From IMG/VR virus record IMGVR_UViG_2909246061_000002, positions 1-44,333 of that record: a stretch of DNA of 44,333 nucleotides; one strand, given 5' to 3'. Below are positions 8,001-16,909 of the stretch, piece by piece. A program made the position numbers and the translations under genes. Under the pieces are notes generated by a model. The model did no database searches. It saw nothing but the letters and a program-made list of their open reading frames with translations, and was not told where the DNA came from. How positions within the stretch are numbered: the first letter of the stretch is position 1; each line of letters opens with the position of its first letter. This DNA comes from a virus (lineage: Duplodnaviria > Heunggongvirae > Uroviricota > Caudoviricetes).

Positions 8001-8835
8001 TAGTATTGTCCTCTTTATCTTGTGTAGTAAGAGGGAAATCCATCACCCTTGGTTTTCCAAACGTTGGGATTTCACCACTATGAATCTTATCACAGAAAAA
8101 ATTATCGAGTATTTCTGTTATACCTTTAGGACATTCAACACACTTGAAAAGTTCCTTGGCTTCTTTTCTGTCGATAACAAATCCATGTGAAGGATACGAA
8201 GCGATGAGTTTGCTTAACGCCCCTTCTTTTAGACTACTTGGCTTGTCTGCTAACCGTTGACCATAAGTGATAGCAATGCTCATCGCACGCTGATGCTCAC
8301 CAAGTTTTATTGGATCTATCTGAGCAGCCATGGGGGCTATCAATGCCTCTGTAAGTCTGGTTGCGATGTCAGCAGATATTTTAGTGCTTATCTGGTTTTC
8401 GTATTTTATCTGAACAAGGTATGAGTTAAACGCTGAAATAGAGCGCTCCTTCAGTGCATCGAGAGCTGTCATAATGGCTAAACCAGAACTCATCTCACCT
8501 ATTTCATCGTTTTTTTTCAGTTGGATATCTAATGGCCCGAGCTCACCCATGTCACCGATAACAAGTTTATTCGCAGCTATGGCTATTAGTGTACCAGCAC
8601 TTTTGCACGGCCCAACAACTAAAAGTGTTACCGTTTCATAATAGTGCTGGAGAGCCCTACCTATACGATAACCAGCATTAGGATCACCGCCATAAGTAGC
8701 AACACAGAAGATAACATTCTTTTTTAATTCATTTTGTGACTTACGCTTCTTGATTTTATTGGTTAGATCAAGATAACCATCACGATGAATATCGCCTATA
8801 TACACATAAACATCATTATTTTCAATAGTATTCAT
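7831..8835 (-). CDS. Clp-fold (ClpP/SppA-like, SDH-type) serine protease-like protein, 334 aa
   Basis: ClpP/SppA-like motif GDPNAGYRIGRALQ...VVGPCKSAGTLIAIAANKLVIGDMGELG with candidate nucleophile Ser; low-complexity C-terminal tail; AT-rich gene 166 bp downstream of cI on the same strand. Confidence 0.65.
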   Translation of the reverse strand: MNTIENNDVYVYIGDIHRDGYLDLTNKIKKRKSQNELKKNVIFCVATYGGDPNAGYRIGRALQHYYETVTLLVVGPCKSAGTLIAIAANKLVIGDMGELGPLDIQLKKNDEIGEMSSGLAIMTALDALKERSISAFNSYLVQIKYENQISTKISADIATRLTEALIAPMAAQIDPIKLGEHQRAMSIAITYGQRLADKPSSLKEGALSKLIASYPSHGFVIDRKEAKELFKCVECPKGITEILDNFFCDKIHSGEIPTFGKPRVMDFPLTTQDKEDNTNAEESATGDGNSQQNVGKPDPRKSQSGKKSGTAPERDQKRTGAVSIQPPDEQQPNA

Positions 8836-9001
8836 TCGTTAAACTCCCTGTTGTGGTTACGATGAATGTATTCATGTTGAGGATAAGACATAGTGGTTTG
8901 TCATCATCGCTAATCTGGCGCAATTGACTTTTCATAAATCACAATTGGAATCACCCAAACGTCTCTTCAGGCCACTGGTTACCAGCTACGTGACGATGAA
9001 G

Positions 9002-9706
9002 TCACGAATTTTTCAGCCACTCCCTTGCCTCGATGTCATCCAGATGGCGAGATTGCTTCAGAATACCAGCCACATACTCCACCTTTGCTACTTGATGATA
9101 AGGCAACGTTATTGGCCTATGGTCCTGGTTGATGCTTGTAAACTGGTATTCTCCGTCTCTGTCATAGCCAAGAACTTTGATCATGTTGTGTCCTTCAACG
9201 GTTCTGACAAACACCTCATCACCCGGGAATACTTTGGTGTTAGGCTCAATGAGTACATATTCTCCTGATTTTATTCTGGGCCACATGCTGTCTCCTTTCA
9301 CACGAAGACCAAAGGCATCTGGATCATCGCTATAAATCTTGAGCCACCCATCGCGCTCTTCGGTCATCTCGATGGCACCATCAACACCAAGAATTGCCTC
9401 ACCAACCACGCGCACTAACCCTTTTCTTACCTGACCGACAAAAGTTAAAGAATCTGAGCATGATGCAATTGGTGTTACATCATGTACCAAATCAAGCCAC
9501 CCATTAGGTAACCCAAGTGCGGCTTCGAATTTTCTTGCTAGTTTATCCCCTATGTTTCGAGTGCTTTTTTCACCGGAGACTTGCGTGAGTTGAGAAGGGC
9601 TAACTCCAAGCTTATCGGCAAAGCTTGCATTAGTGTTACCCGCGATTTTTTTATGCTCATCTAGCAAAAACGCCAGATTCGATTTGCGAATATCTTTGTT
9701 TTCCAT
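9002..9706 (-). CDS. cI: CI-like prophage repressor (HTH plus LexA-type S24 peptidase domain)
   Basis: 234 aa; N-terminal HTH region, C-terminal S24-like autocleavage domain (GDSMWPRIKSGEYVLIEP); divergent from a cro-like gene. Confidence 0.85.
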   Translation of the reverse strand: MENKDIRKSNLAFLLDEHKKIAGNTNASFADKLGVSPSQLTQVSGEKSTRNIGDKLARKFEAALGLPNGWLDLVHDVTPIASCSDSLTFVGQVRKGLVRVVGEAILGVDGAIEMTEERDGWLKIYSDDPDAFGLRVKGDSMWPRIKSGEYVLIEPNTKVFPGDEVFVRTVEGHNMIKVLGYDRDGEYQFTSINQDHRPITLPYHQVAKVEYVAGILKQSRHLDDIEAREWLKNS

Positions 9707-9819
9707 CCCACGATTCTCCCTCTATTTAGCAAATGGATAAATACGCATTTTGATAAATCTCCATTGCAGTTTATTTATCAAAATGGTAAAGTTGCTCTGT
9801 GTGATAAACGGAGGCACTA
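9707..9819. promoter_or_regulatory. OR / pRM-pR divergent promoter-operator region
   Basis: 13-bp inverted repeat CATTTTGATAAAT ... ATTTATCAAAATG plus further GATAAAT copies between the divergent cI and cro starts. Confidence 0.6.
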
Positions 9820-10053
9820 ATGAGTAATGAACTACTACGCTGGCGAAAAGAGGCTTCTAGTGAGGAATGGAAGCGACTCGCCGCATTAGCGAATACTTCA
9901 GTTGGCTATCTTGATCAGATTGCATATGGGTTTCGAAGAGCTTCCCCAGATAAAGCGAATGCAATCGAAGAAGCCACTCGTAATTTCACGGGTTATAAAC
10001 CTGTGAAAAAGGAAAATCTGGTGTTCGTATCGCGTAGAGCATCAGCAGCATAA
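9820..10053 (+). CDS. cro: Cro-like HTH regulator
   Basis: 77 aa; GGAGG RBS; position divergent from cI. Confidence 0.7.
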   Translation: MSNELLRWRKEASSEEWKRLAALANTSVGYLDQIAYGFRRASPDKANAIEEATRNFTGYKPVKKENLVFVSRRASAA

Positions 10054-10060
10054 GTAACCC

Positions 10061-10106
10061 CGCTCTTTGTAACAACGGACATTCGTCCTACGTCGCTGAA
10101 AAGCGA
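10061..10106 (+). promoter_or_regulatory. nutR-like site (boxA CGCTCTTTGTAACAA, boxB TCGCTGAAAAGCGA)
   Basis: boxA consensus-like sequence immediately after the cro stop, followed by a GAAAA-loop hairpin. Confidence 0.55.
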
Positions 10107-10190
10107 ATCCCAGAATATCTGACCAACTAAGGCCATATGCGTTTCAACGCATACCTTTCAACTAACTATTCACTATTGGAAAATTAACAA

Positions 10191-10490
10191 ATGACACAAG
10201 CAAGTTACAGCAAGCCAACACAGCGAGAAATTGATCGCGCAGAAACTGATTTACTCATCAACCTGTCAACGCTTACCCAGCGCGGTCTGGCAAAGATGAT
10301 TGGCTGTCATGAATCGAAGATAAGCAGAACGGACTGGAGATTTATTGCTTCGGTCTTGTGTGCTTTCGGAATGGCATCAGACATCAGTCCGATTAGCAGG
10401 GCTTTTAAGTATGCGCTTGATGAAATCACCAATAAAAAACGCCCGGTGTGCAAGACCGAGCGTTCTGAACAAATCCAGATGGATTTTTAA
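10191..10490 (+). CDS. cII: CII-like transcriptional activator
   Basis: 99 aa; C-terminus TNKKRPVCKTERSEQIQMDF closely matches my recollection of the lambda CII C-terminus (KKRPAATERSEQIQMEF). Confidence 0.85.
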   Translation: MTQASYSKPTQREIDRAETDLLINLSTLTQRGLAKMIGCHESKISRTDWRFIASVLCAFGMASDISPISRAFKYALDEITNKKRPVCKTERSEQIQMDF

Positions 10491-10512
10491 CAACATCCAA
10501 CGAGGTAATTAT

Positions 10513-10785
10513 ATGCGAAACAAAGGCTTTAATCCACCTGATACACACAAAGAAGCTAAGCGTTTGCGCTTCCTTCGTTCCATTGATGAAAGAACTCAAA
10601 TCTCTTTTGTGAAAGTTGCCAGAACTGAGCTTCTGAAGGCTGAGGCGAGGGCGTTGCTCCAGTCTCTACCAAAAGAGGAGGGATATACGTTAATTCCAAA
10701 CGCATTTCTGAAAAAGCTTCTCAAAGAAGACATATCCGTAAGTCAGTTTAACGATGTTCTTAAGGTCTTTCGTCAAGGCAGGTAG
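10513..10785 (+). CDS. hypothetical protein between cII and O, 90 aa
   Basis: ATG at 10513 with GAGG RBS; in-frame part of ORF-track entry 10345..10785. Confidence 0.5.
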   Translation: MRNKGFNPPDTHKEAKRLRFLRSIDERTQISFVKVARTELLKAEARALLQSLPKEEGYTLIPNAFLKKLLKEDISVSQFNDVLKVFRQGR

Positions 10786-10787
10786 TT

Positions 10788-11735
10788 ATGAGCAATACAG
10801 CAAAAATCTACGATTTCAGCGCCGCACACGAGCGCAGGAGCAACAGGATGGAGAACCAGAAAACTGGTTACATTCCGTTGTACCGGAGCATTCTGAAACA
10901 GTCATGGGCGAAAGATGTTTATCTTCGCACCCTGTGGGAAAACCTTCTCCTGAATGCCGCCAGAAAGCCATACAAAGCGAATTTCAAAGGTCATGAATGG
11001 CATCTGCAACCCGGTCAACTGGTTGTGACAGCAGCTGATTTAGGTCTTCAGTTATGCGACAGGCATGGCAAGCCGGCAAGCCGTGATCAGGTTGAGCGGA
11101 TGCTTCAGGTTTTTGTGAAAGAGGGGATGATCTCCATTGATGGAGAGAAGCAAAAAGGTCGTGTGATCACTATCGCAAATTACCATGAATATGCTCAAAA
11201 AATGGACAATTCACCCGCACATGAAGCCGCACAAACAACCGCACATGATGCCGCACATGATGAAGCCAGTAATGGCGCGGCTTCCAGCGTACATGCCGCA
11301 CATGAAAGCGCACATGAAGCCGCACAAACAACCGCACATCATGAACAAGAAGGTATTAACAAGAATATAAATAATACCCCCCTACCCCCCAATGGGGGAG
11401 GCGATGGGCAGGTTAAACCTGAACGTCGCAAGGCAGAACGAATCGACTACGAATCCTTCCTGAACGCCTACAACACCGAAGTCGGTGACAGACTGCCACA
11501 CGCTGTTGCGGTCAACGAGAAACGCAAACGCCGCCTGAAGAAAATCATCCCGCAACTGAAAACGCCAAACGTGGACGGTTTCAGAGCGTATGTCAGGGCG
11601 TTTGTACATCAGGCCAAGCCGTTTTACTTCGGAGACAACGACACTGGCTGGACGGCAGATTTTGATTACCTGCTGAGGGAAGATTCGTTAACGGGAGTAC
11701 GGGAAGGGAAGTTTGCAGACAGGGGGATTGCATGA
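10788..11735 (+). CDS. replication initiator (O-like) with internal origin repeats
   Basis: 315 aa; position upstream of the helicase; conserved C-terminus [21 protein letters not shown]; iteron-like DNA repeats inside the gene. Confidence 0.75.
   Translation: MSNTAKIYDFSAAHERRSNRMENQKTGYIPLYRSILKQSWAKDVYLRTLWENLLLNAARKPYKANFKGHEWHLQPGQLVVTAADLGLQLCDRHGKPASRDQVERMLQVFVKEGMISIDGEKQKGRVITIANYHEYAQKMDNSPAHEAAQTTAHDAAHDEASNGAASSVHAAHESAHEAAQTTAHHEQEGINKNINNTPLPPNGGGDGQVKPERRKAERIDYESFLNAYNTEVGDRLPHAVAVNEKRKRRLKKIIPQLKTPNVDGFRAYVRAFVHQAKPFYFGDNDTGWTADFDYLLREDSLTGVREGKFADRGIA
11213..11342. repeat. iteron-like repeats (about six copies of CCGCACATGA, including a duplicated 21-mer) followed by an AT-rich tract: putative ori
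   Basis: GCCGCACAAACAACCGCACAT occurs at 11225..11245 and 11318..11338; further CCGCACATGA copies between; AT-rich 11350..11385. Confidence 0.6.
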
Positions 11736-13108
11736 GACAGGATATCGAAGCGAGCGTTATCGGTGGCCTGCTGATTGGTGGATTAACTCCAACCGCCAGC
11801 GACGTTCTGGCAACGCTGGAGCCGGAAGCGTTTTCAATTCCGCTCTACCGGAAAGCCTTCGAGGTTATCCGCAAGCAGGCGAGAAACAGAAACCTAATCG
11901 ATGCGCTGATGGTTGCCGAGGCGTGCGGAGAGGAGCATTTCACGTCAATCCTGATGACCAGCAAAAACTGCCCGAGTGCCGCAAACCTGAAGGGATATGC
12001 CGGAATGGTCGCGGATAACTATCACCGCCGTCTGGTGCTGGAAATCATGGATGAAATGCGTGAACCAATTCAGAGCGGAACCATCGATACATCGAGTCAG
12101 GCGATGGACGAGCTTGTAAAGCGTCTCTCAGCCATCAGAAAGCCCCGTGACGAGGTTAAACCGGTACGCTTAGGGGAAATCATCACTGACTACACTGACA
12201 CGCTTGACAAGCGTCTGAGGAACGGAGAAGAGTCAGATACCCTGAAGACCGGAATCGAAGAACTTGACGCCATCACCGGAGGGATGAACGCGGAAGACCT
12301 GGTGATTATCGCTGCTCGTCCGGGTATGGGGAAAACCGAACTGGCGCTGAAGATTGCCGAAGGCGTTGCAAGCCGCGTTATTCCTGGTTCTGACGTCCGG
12401 CGCGGAGTGTTGATTTTCTCGATGGAAATGAGCGCATTGCAGATTGCAGAGCGAAGCATTGCCAACGCCGGGAGGATGTCGGTTAGCGTGCTGCGAAATC
12501 CTGCATCGATGGATGACGAAGGCTGGGCGCGTGTTGCTAACGGCATGAGTCAGCTTGCAGATTTGGATGTATGGGTAGTCGATGCCTCGCGATTATCGGT
12601 CGAAGAAATACGCTCAATCGCAGAACGGCACAAACAGGAAAATCCAAACCTCTCACTCATCATGGCGGATTATCTTGGCCTGATTGAGAAGCCGAAAGCA
12701 GACCGCAACGACCTCGCAATTGCCCACATCTCCGGAAGCCTGAAGGCGATGGCGAAAGACCTGAAAACACCGGTTATCTCCCTGAGTCAGCTTTCGCGCG
12801 ATGTTGAAAAGCGACCAAACAAACGCCCGACAAACGCAGATTTGCGTGATTCAGGAAGCATTGAACAGGACGCAGACTCAATCATCATGCTCTATCGGGA
12901 GGCGGTATATGACGAGAACAGTAGCGCCGCGCCATTTGCTGAAATCATCGTGACGAAAAACCGTTTTGGCTCGCTTGGTACGGTTTACCAGCGGTTCTGT
13001 AACGGACACTTTGTTGCATGTGACCAGGATAAAGCCAGACAGATTTGCACAGCATCAAATGCACCTGCTGCGCGTGGCAGACGATATGCACAAGGGGCTG
13101 ACGTATGA
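11732..13108 (+). CDS. DnaB-family replicative DNA helicase
   Basis: 458 aa; Walker A GMGKTE, RecA-like C-terminal domain; overlaps the O-like gene stop. Confidence 0.9.
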   Translation: MRQDIEASVIGGLLIGGLTPTASDVLATLEPEAFSIPLYRKAFEVIRKQARNRNLIDALMVAEACGEEHFTSILMTSKNCPSAANLKGYAGMVADNYHRRLVLEIMDEMREPIQSGTIDTSSQAMDELVKRLSAIRKPRDEVKPVRLGEIITDYTDTLDKRLRNGEESDTLKTGIEELDAITGGMNAEDLVIIAARPGMGKTELALKIAEGVASRVIPGSDVRRGVLIFSMEMSALQIAERSIANAGRMSVSVLRNPASMDDEGWARVANGMSQLADLDVWVVDASRLSVEEIRSIAERHKQENPNLSLIMADYLGLIEKPKADRNDLAIAHISGSLKAMAKDLKTPVISLSQLSRDVEKRPNKRPTNADLRDSGSIEQDADSIIMLYREAVYDENSSAAPFAEIIVTKNRFGSLGTVYQRFCNGHFVACDQDKARQICTASNAPAARGRRYAQGADV

Positions 13109-13180
13109 CCATCTACATCACTGAGCTAATAACAGGCCTGCTGGTAATCGCAGGCCTTTTTATTTGGGGGAGGGTAAATC

Positions 13181-13387
13181 GTGGCTGAGTTAATTTTCTC
13201 TGCATTGAGGATTCTCGGTGCTATGTGGATGGTGGCGACGTTCATTGTTGTTGCCAGCAGTTTTATCCGGTTGGTAGGTGAAGGTAAAGACCTGGTGGGT
13301 GTGCTTTTCGGTAGCATTTTCCTGTGGGTGATTATCGGTGTTGTGCCTATCGCTGTAGCAAAAATGGCGTGGCGTTTTGTTAGTTGA
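13181..13387 (+). CDS. small hydrophobic (two-TM) protein, 68 aa
   Basis: GTG start with GGAGGG RBS; strongly hydrophobic translation. Confidence 0.45.
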   Translation: MAELIFSALRILGAMWMVATFIVVASSFIRLVGEGKDLVGVLFGSIFLWVIIGVVPIAVAKMAWRFVS

Positions 13388-13394
13388 GGTGACA

Positions 13395-13841
13395 ATGAAG
13401 CAAATATACATGCTTCGCAACGAAGCAATCAGAAACAACGCCATAGACGCAATACTCTCACTTCCGATCGACGACAAGTCACCTCACGAAGTCCACGTTA
13501 AAGAACCAAAGCGGAGCAATCCTCAAAACCGCCTTATGTGGGCGTTATTGCAGGACGTATCACGTCAGGTGCTTTGGCATGGACAGAGACTTGCGCCGGA
13601 GGACTGGAAAGACCTGTTCACTGCCCTGTGGCTTAAGACCAAAAAACTGGAGCAAAGAAGTGTGCCTGGCATCGACGGTGGCGTTGTCATGCTTGGCGTG
13701 CGCACCAGCAAAATGCGAAAGGCCAGCATGACTGAGCTTATCGAAATCATGTTCTGGTTCGGATCAGAGCGAAACGTGCGGTGGAGTGATGACTCCCGGC
13801 GAGAGTATGAATGGTCACAACGAAAAGGGAGGGTTGAATGA
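13395..13841 (+). CDS. ninB: NinB-like recombination protein
   Basis: ATG at 13395 with GAGGTG RBS; similarity to lambda NinB as I recall it (SNPQNRLMWALLQDVSRQVLWHGQRL). Confidence 0.8.
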   Translation: MKQIYMLRNEAIRNNAIDAILSLPIDDKSPHEVHVKEPKRSNPQNRLMWALLQDVSRQVLWHGQRLAPEDWKDLFTALWLKTKKLEQRSVPGIDGGVVMLGVRTSKMRKASMTELIEIMFWFGSERNVRWSDDSRREYEWSQRKGRVE

Positions 13842-14371
13842 TTAAGCATAAATCAGAAACACCAAAAGAAGTTAGAGACTGCTGGCAAACGCCGCTTTGG
13901 CTTTTTGATGCACTGGATATTGAGTTTGGATTCTGGCTGGATTCGGCAGCGAGCGACAAAAATGCTCTGTGCGCTCACTGGTTAACTGAGGCCGACGACG
14001 CGCTAAATTCTGAGTGGGTAAGCCACGGTGCAATCTGGAATAACCCACCGTACAGCAATATCAGGCCGTGGGTGGAAAAAGCTGCTGAGCAGTGCATACA
14101 ACAGCGACAGACGGTAGTTATGCTTGTGCCAGAGGATATGTCAGTCGGATGGTTCAGCAAGGCTCTGGAGAGTGTCGACGAAGTTCGCATTATCACTGAT
14201 GGACGGATTAATTTTATCGAACCATCGACAGGGCTGGAGAAGAAGGGAAACAGCAAAGGCTCCATGCTGCTGATTTGGCGACCGTTCATCAGTCCTCGAC
14301 GGATGTTTACTACCGTATCCAAAGCGGCATTGATGGCGATCGGGCAGGGCGTCAGGAGGGCTGCATGGTAA
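13838..14371 (+). CDS. phage Dam-like DNA N6-adenine methyltransferase
   Basis: 177 aa; NPPY catalytic motif (WNNPPYS); ATGA overlap with the ninB stop. Confidence 0.8.
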   Translation: MIKHKSETPKEVRDCWQTPLWLFDALDIEFGFWLDSAASDKNALCAHWLTEADDALNSEWVSHGAIWNNPPYSNIRPWVEKAAEQCIQQRQTVVMLVPEDMSVGWFSKALESVDEVRIITDGRINFIEPSTGLEKKGNSKGSMLLIWRPFISPRRMFTTVSKAALMAIGQGVRRAAW

Positions 14372-15237
14372 ATGTCGTTAGTTTCTCAGGTGGCAGGACG
14401 TCAGCATATTTGCTCTGGCTAATGGAGCAAAAGCGACAGTCAGGTAAAGACGTGCATTACGTTTTCATGGATACAGGTTGTGAACATCCAATGACATATC
14501 GGTTTGTCAGGGAAGTTGTGAAGTTCTGGGATATACCGCTCACCGTATTGCAGGTTGATATCAACCCGGAGCTTGGACAGCCAAATGGTTATACGGTATG
14601 GGAACCAAAGGATATTCAGACGCGAATGCCTGTTCTGAAGCCATTTATCGATATGGTAAAGAAATATGGCACTCCATACGTCGGCGGCGCGTTCTGCACT
14701 GACAGATTAAAACTCGTTCCCTTCACCAAATACTGTGATGACCATTTCGGGCGAGGGAATTACACCACGTGGATTGGCATCAGAGCTGATGAACCGAAGC
14801 GGCTAAAGCCAAAGCCTGGAATCAGATATCTTGCTGAACTGTCAGACTTTGAGAAGGAAGATATCCTCGCATGGTGGAAGCAACAACCATTCGATTTGCA
14901 AATACCGGAACATCTCGGTAACTGCATATTCTGCATAAAAAAATCAACGCAAAAAATCGGACTTGCCTGCAAAGATGAGGAGGGATTGCAGCGTGTTTTT
15001 AATGAGGTCATCACGGGATCCCATGTGCGTGACGGACATCGGGAAACGCCAAAGGAGATTATGTACCGAGGAAGAATGTCGCTGGACGGTATCGCGAAAA
15101 TGTATTCAGAAAATGATTATCAAGCCCTGTATCAGGACATGGTACGAGCTAAAAGATTCGATACCGGCTCTTGTTCTGAGTCATGCGAAATATTTGGAGG
15201 GCAGCTTGATTTCGACTTCGGGAGGGAAGCTGCATGA
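14365..15237 (+). CDS. PAPS-reductase-family (PP-loop ATP pyrophosphatase superfamily) protein
   Basis: ATG at 14365 with AGGAGGG RBS; PP-loop motif [12 protein letters not shown]; overlaps the methyltransferase stop. Confidence 0.75.
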   Translation: MVNVVSFSGGRTSAYLLWLMEQKRQSGKDVHYVFMDTGCEHPMTYRFVREVVKFWDIPLTVLQVDINPELGQPNGYTVWEPKDIQTRMPVLKPFIDMVKKYGTPYVGGAFCTDRLKLVPFTKYCDDHFGRGNYTTWIGIRADEPKRLKPKPGIRYLAELSDFEKEDILAWWKQQPFDLQIPEHLGNCIFCIKKSTQKIGLACKDEEGLQRVFNEVITGSHVRDGHRETPKEIMYRGRMSLDGIAKMYSENDYQALYQDMVRAKRFDTGSCSESCEIFGGQLDFDFGREAA

Positions 15238-15407
15238 TGCGATGTTATCGGTGCGGTGAATGCAAAGAAGATAACCGCTTCCGACCAAATCAACCTTACT
15301 GGAATCGATGGTGTCTCCGGTGTGAAAGAACACCAACAGGGGTGTTACCACTACCGCAGGAAAAGGAGGACGTGTGGCGAGACAGCGACGAAGTATCACC
15401 GACATAA
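15234..15407 (+). CDS. NinD-like small Cys-rich protein, 57 aa (below ORF-track cutoff)
   Basis: ATGA overlap with the preceding stop; translation [16 protein letters not shown]... with CxxC pairs. Confidence 0.5.
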   Translation: MMRCYRCGECKEDNRFRPNQPYWNRWCLRCERTPTGVLPLPQEKEDVWRDSDEVSPT

Positions 15408-15556
15408 TCTGCGAAAACTGCAAATACCTTCCAACGAAACGCACCAGAAATAAACCCAAGCCAATCCCAAAAGAATCTGACGTAAAAACCTTCAACTACA
15501 CGGCTCACCTGTGGGATATCCGGTGGCTAAGACGTCGTGCGAGGAAAACAAGGTGA
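15374..15556 (+). CDS. ninE: NinE-like protein
   Basis: GTG start with AAGGAGG RBS; translation [21 protein letters not shown]... matches lambda NinE as I recall it. Confidence 0.75.
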   Translation: MARQRRSITDIICENCKYLPTKRTRNKPKPIPKESDVKTFNYTAHLWDIRWLRRRARKTR

Positions 15557-15663
15557 TTGACCAAAATCGAAGTTACGAACAAGAAAGCGTCGAGCGAGCT
15601 TTAACGTGCGCTAACTGCGGTCAGAAGCTGCATGTGCTGGAAGTTCACGTGTGTGAGCGTTGT

Positions 15664-16202
15664 ATATATGAATGCTTAAATATGGTGGAACATAATGAGA
15701 AATATAAGCAACATAGACGAATTAAGAAATAAATTATCATATGATGATGTTTTAGGTGTACTTAGATGGAAAGTGTCTCCTTCTAATAATGTTAAGGTTG
15801 GCAGTGTTGCTGGTTACATTAGGAGTGATGGTTATAGGATGTTAACTATCGATGGTGTAATTACTTATGCTCACCACGTTATATGGATGATAAATAATGG
15901 TGAGATTCCATTAGGGTATAAAATTGATCATATAAATGGAGTAAGGTCAGATAATAGGCTATCTAATCTTCGATTGGTTACACACCAACAGAATGCACAG
16001 AACCAAAAGAGAAAAATAACCAATTCGTCAGGAGTGACTGGAGTATATTTCAATAAAGAGAGATGTAAGTGGATTGCGAATATATGCGTAGATGGGCGCA
16101 CCAAATATCTTGGAATATTTGCTAGCATCATTGACGCTATTGCAGAAAGGAAGAGGGCAGAAAAAGAACTGGGTTTTCATGAAAACCATGGCAGACCATA
16201 AC
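15664..16202 (+). mobile_element. free-standing HNH homing-endonuclease gene insertion
   Basis: AT-rich 539-bp segment precisely between the two Cys codons of ninF; carries one HNH-AP2 ORF. Confidence 0.7.
15695..16201 (+). CDS. HNH homing endonuclease with AP2-like DNA-binding domain
   Basis: 168 aa; HNH motif IDHINGVRSDNRLSNLRLVTHQQN; C-terminal AP2-like SGVTGVYFNKERCKWIANICVDGRTKYLGIF. Confidence 0.8.
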   Translation: MRNISNIDELRNKLSYDDVLGVLRWKVSPSNNVKVGSVAGYIRSDGYRMLTIDGVITYAHHVIWMINNGEIPLGYKIDHINGVRSDNRLSNLRLVTHQQNAQNQKRKITNSSGVTGVYFNKERCKWIANICVDGRTKYLGIFASIIDAIAERKRAEKELGFHENHGRP

Positions 16203-16254
16203 TGCGCAGAACTGATGAGCGATCCGAATAGCTCAATGTACGAGGAAGAAGACG

Positions 16255-16866
16255 ATGGCTAAACCAGCGCGAAGACGATGTAAAAACGATGAATGTCGGG
16301 AATGGTTTCACCCTGCATTCGCTAATCAGTGGTGGTGCTCTCCAGAGTGTGGAACAAAGATAGCACTGGAACGACGAAGCAAAGAACGCGAAAAAGCGGA
16401 AAAAGCAGCAGAGAAGAAACGACGACGAGAGGAGCAGAAACAGAAAGATAAACTGAAGATTCGAAAACTCGCCTTAAAGCCCCGCAGTTACTGGATTAAA
16501 CAAGCCCAACAAGCTGTAAACGCCTTCATCAGAGAAAGAGACCGCGACTTACCATGTATCTCGTGCGGAACGCTCACGTCTGCTCAGTGGGATGCCGGAC
16601 ATTACCGGACAACTGCTGCGGCACCTCAACTCCGATTTGATGAACGCAATATTCACAAGCAATGCGTGGTGTGCAACCAGCACAAAAGCGGAAATCTCGT
16701 TCCGTATCGCGTCGAACTGATTAGCCGTATCGGGCAGGAAGCAGTAGACGAAATCGAATCAAACCATAACCGCCATCGCTGGACTGTCGAAGAGTGCAGG
16801 GCCATCAAGGCGGAGTATCAGCAGAAACTCAAAGACCTGCGAAACAGCAGAAGTGAGGCCGCATGA
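16255..16866 (+). CDS. ninG: NinG (Rap)-like recombination endonuclease
   Basis: 203 aa; Cys-rich N-terminus and overall match to lambda NinG as I recall it; overlaps the ninF 3' fragment as in lambda. Confidence 0.85.
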
Positions 16867-16909
16867 CGTTCTCAGTAAAAACCATTCCAGATCACAAGGG
16901 AGAAGGCGC

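Larger units (their letters stand above)
15553..16262 (+). pseudogene. ninF: ninF split by a 539-bp insertion (5' part 15553..15663, 3' part 16203..16262)
   Basis: 5' part encodes ...ESVERALTCANCGQKLHVLEVHVCERC, 3' part encodes [19 protein letters not shown]-stop; joined they reproduce the NinF sequence as I recall it; the two parts are in different frames. Confidence 0.7.

Noticed and set aside
12190-12546. Minus-strand 118-aa ORF inside the helicase gene
   Set aside because: It is antisense to the DnaB-family gene, with no RBS and a low-complexity translation.
15664-16202. Group I intron or intein interpretation of the ninF insertion
   Set aside because: Only about 32 nt of the insert are non-coding, too little for a ribozyme core, and the insert length (539 bp) shifts the frame, so it cannot be an in-frame intein.
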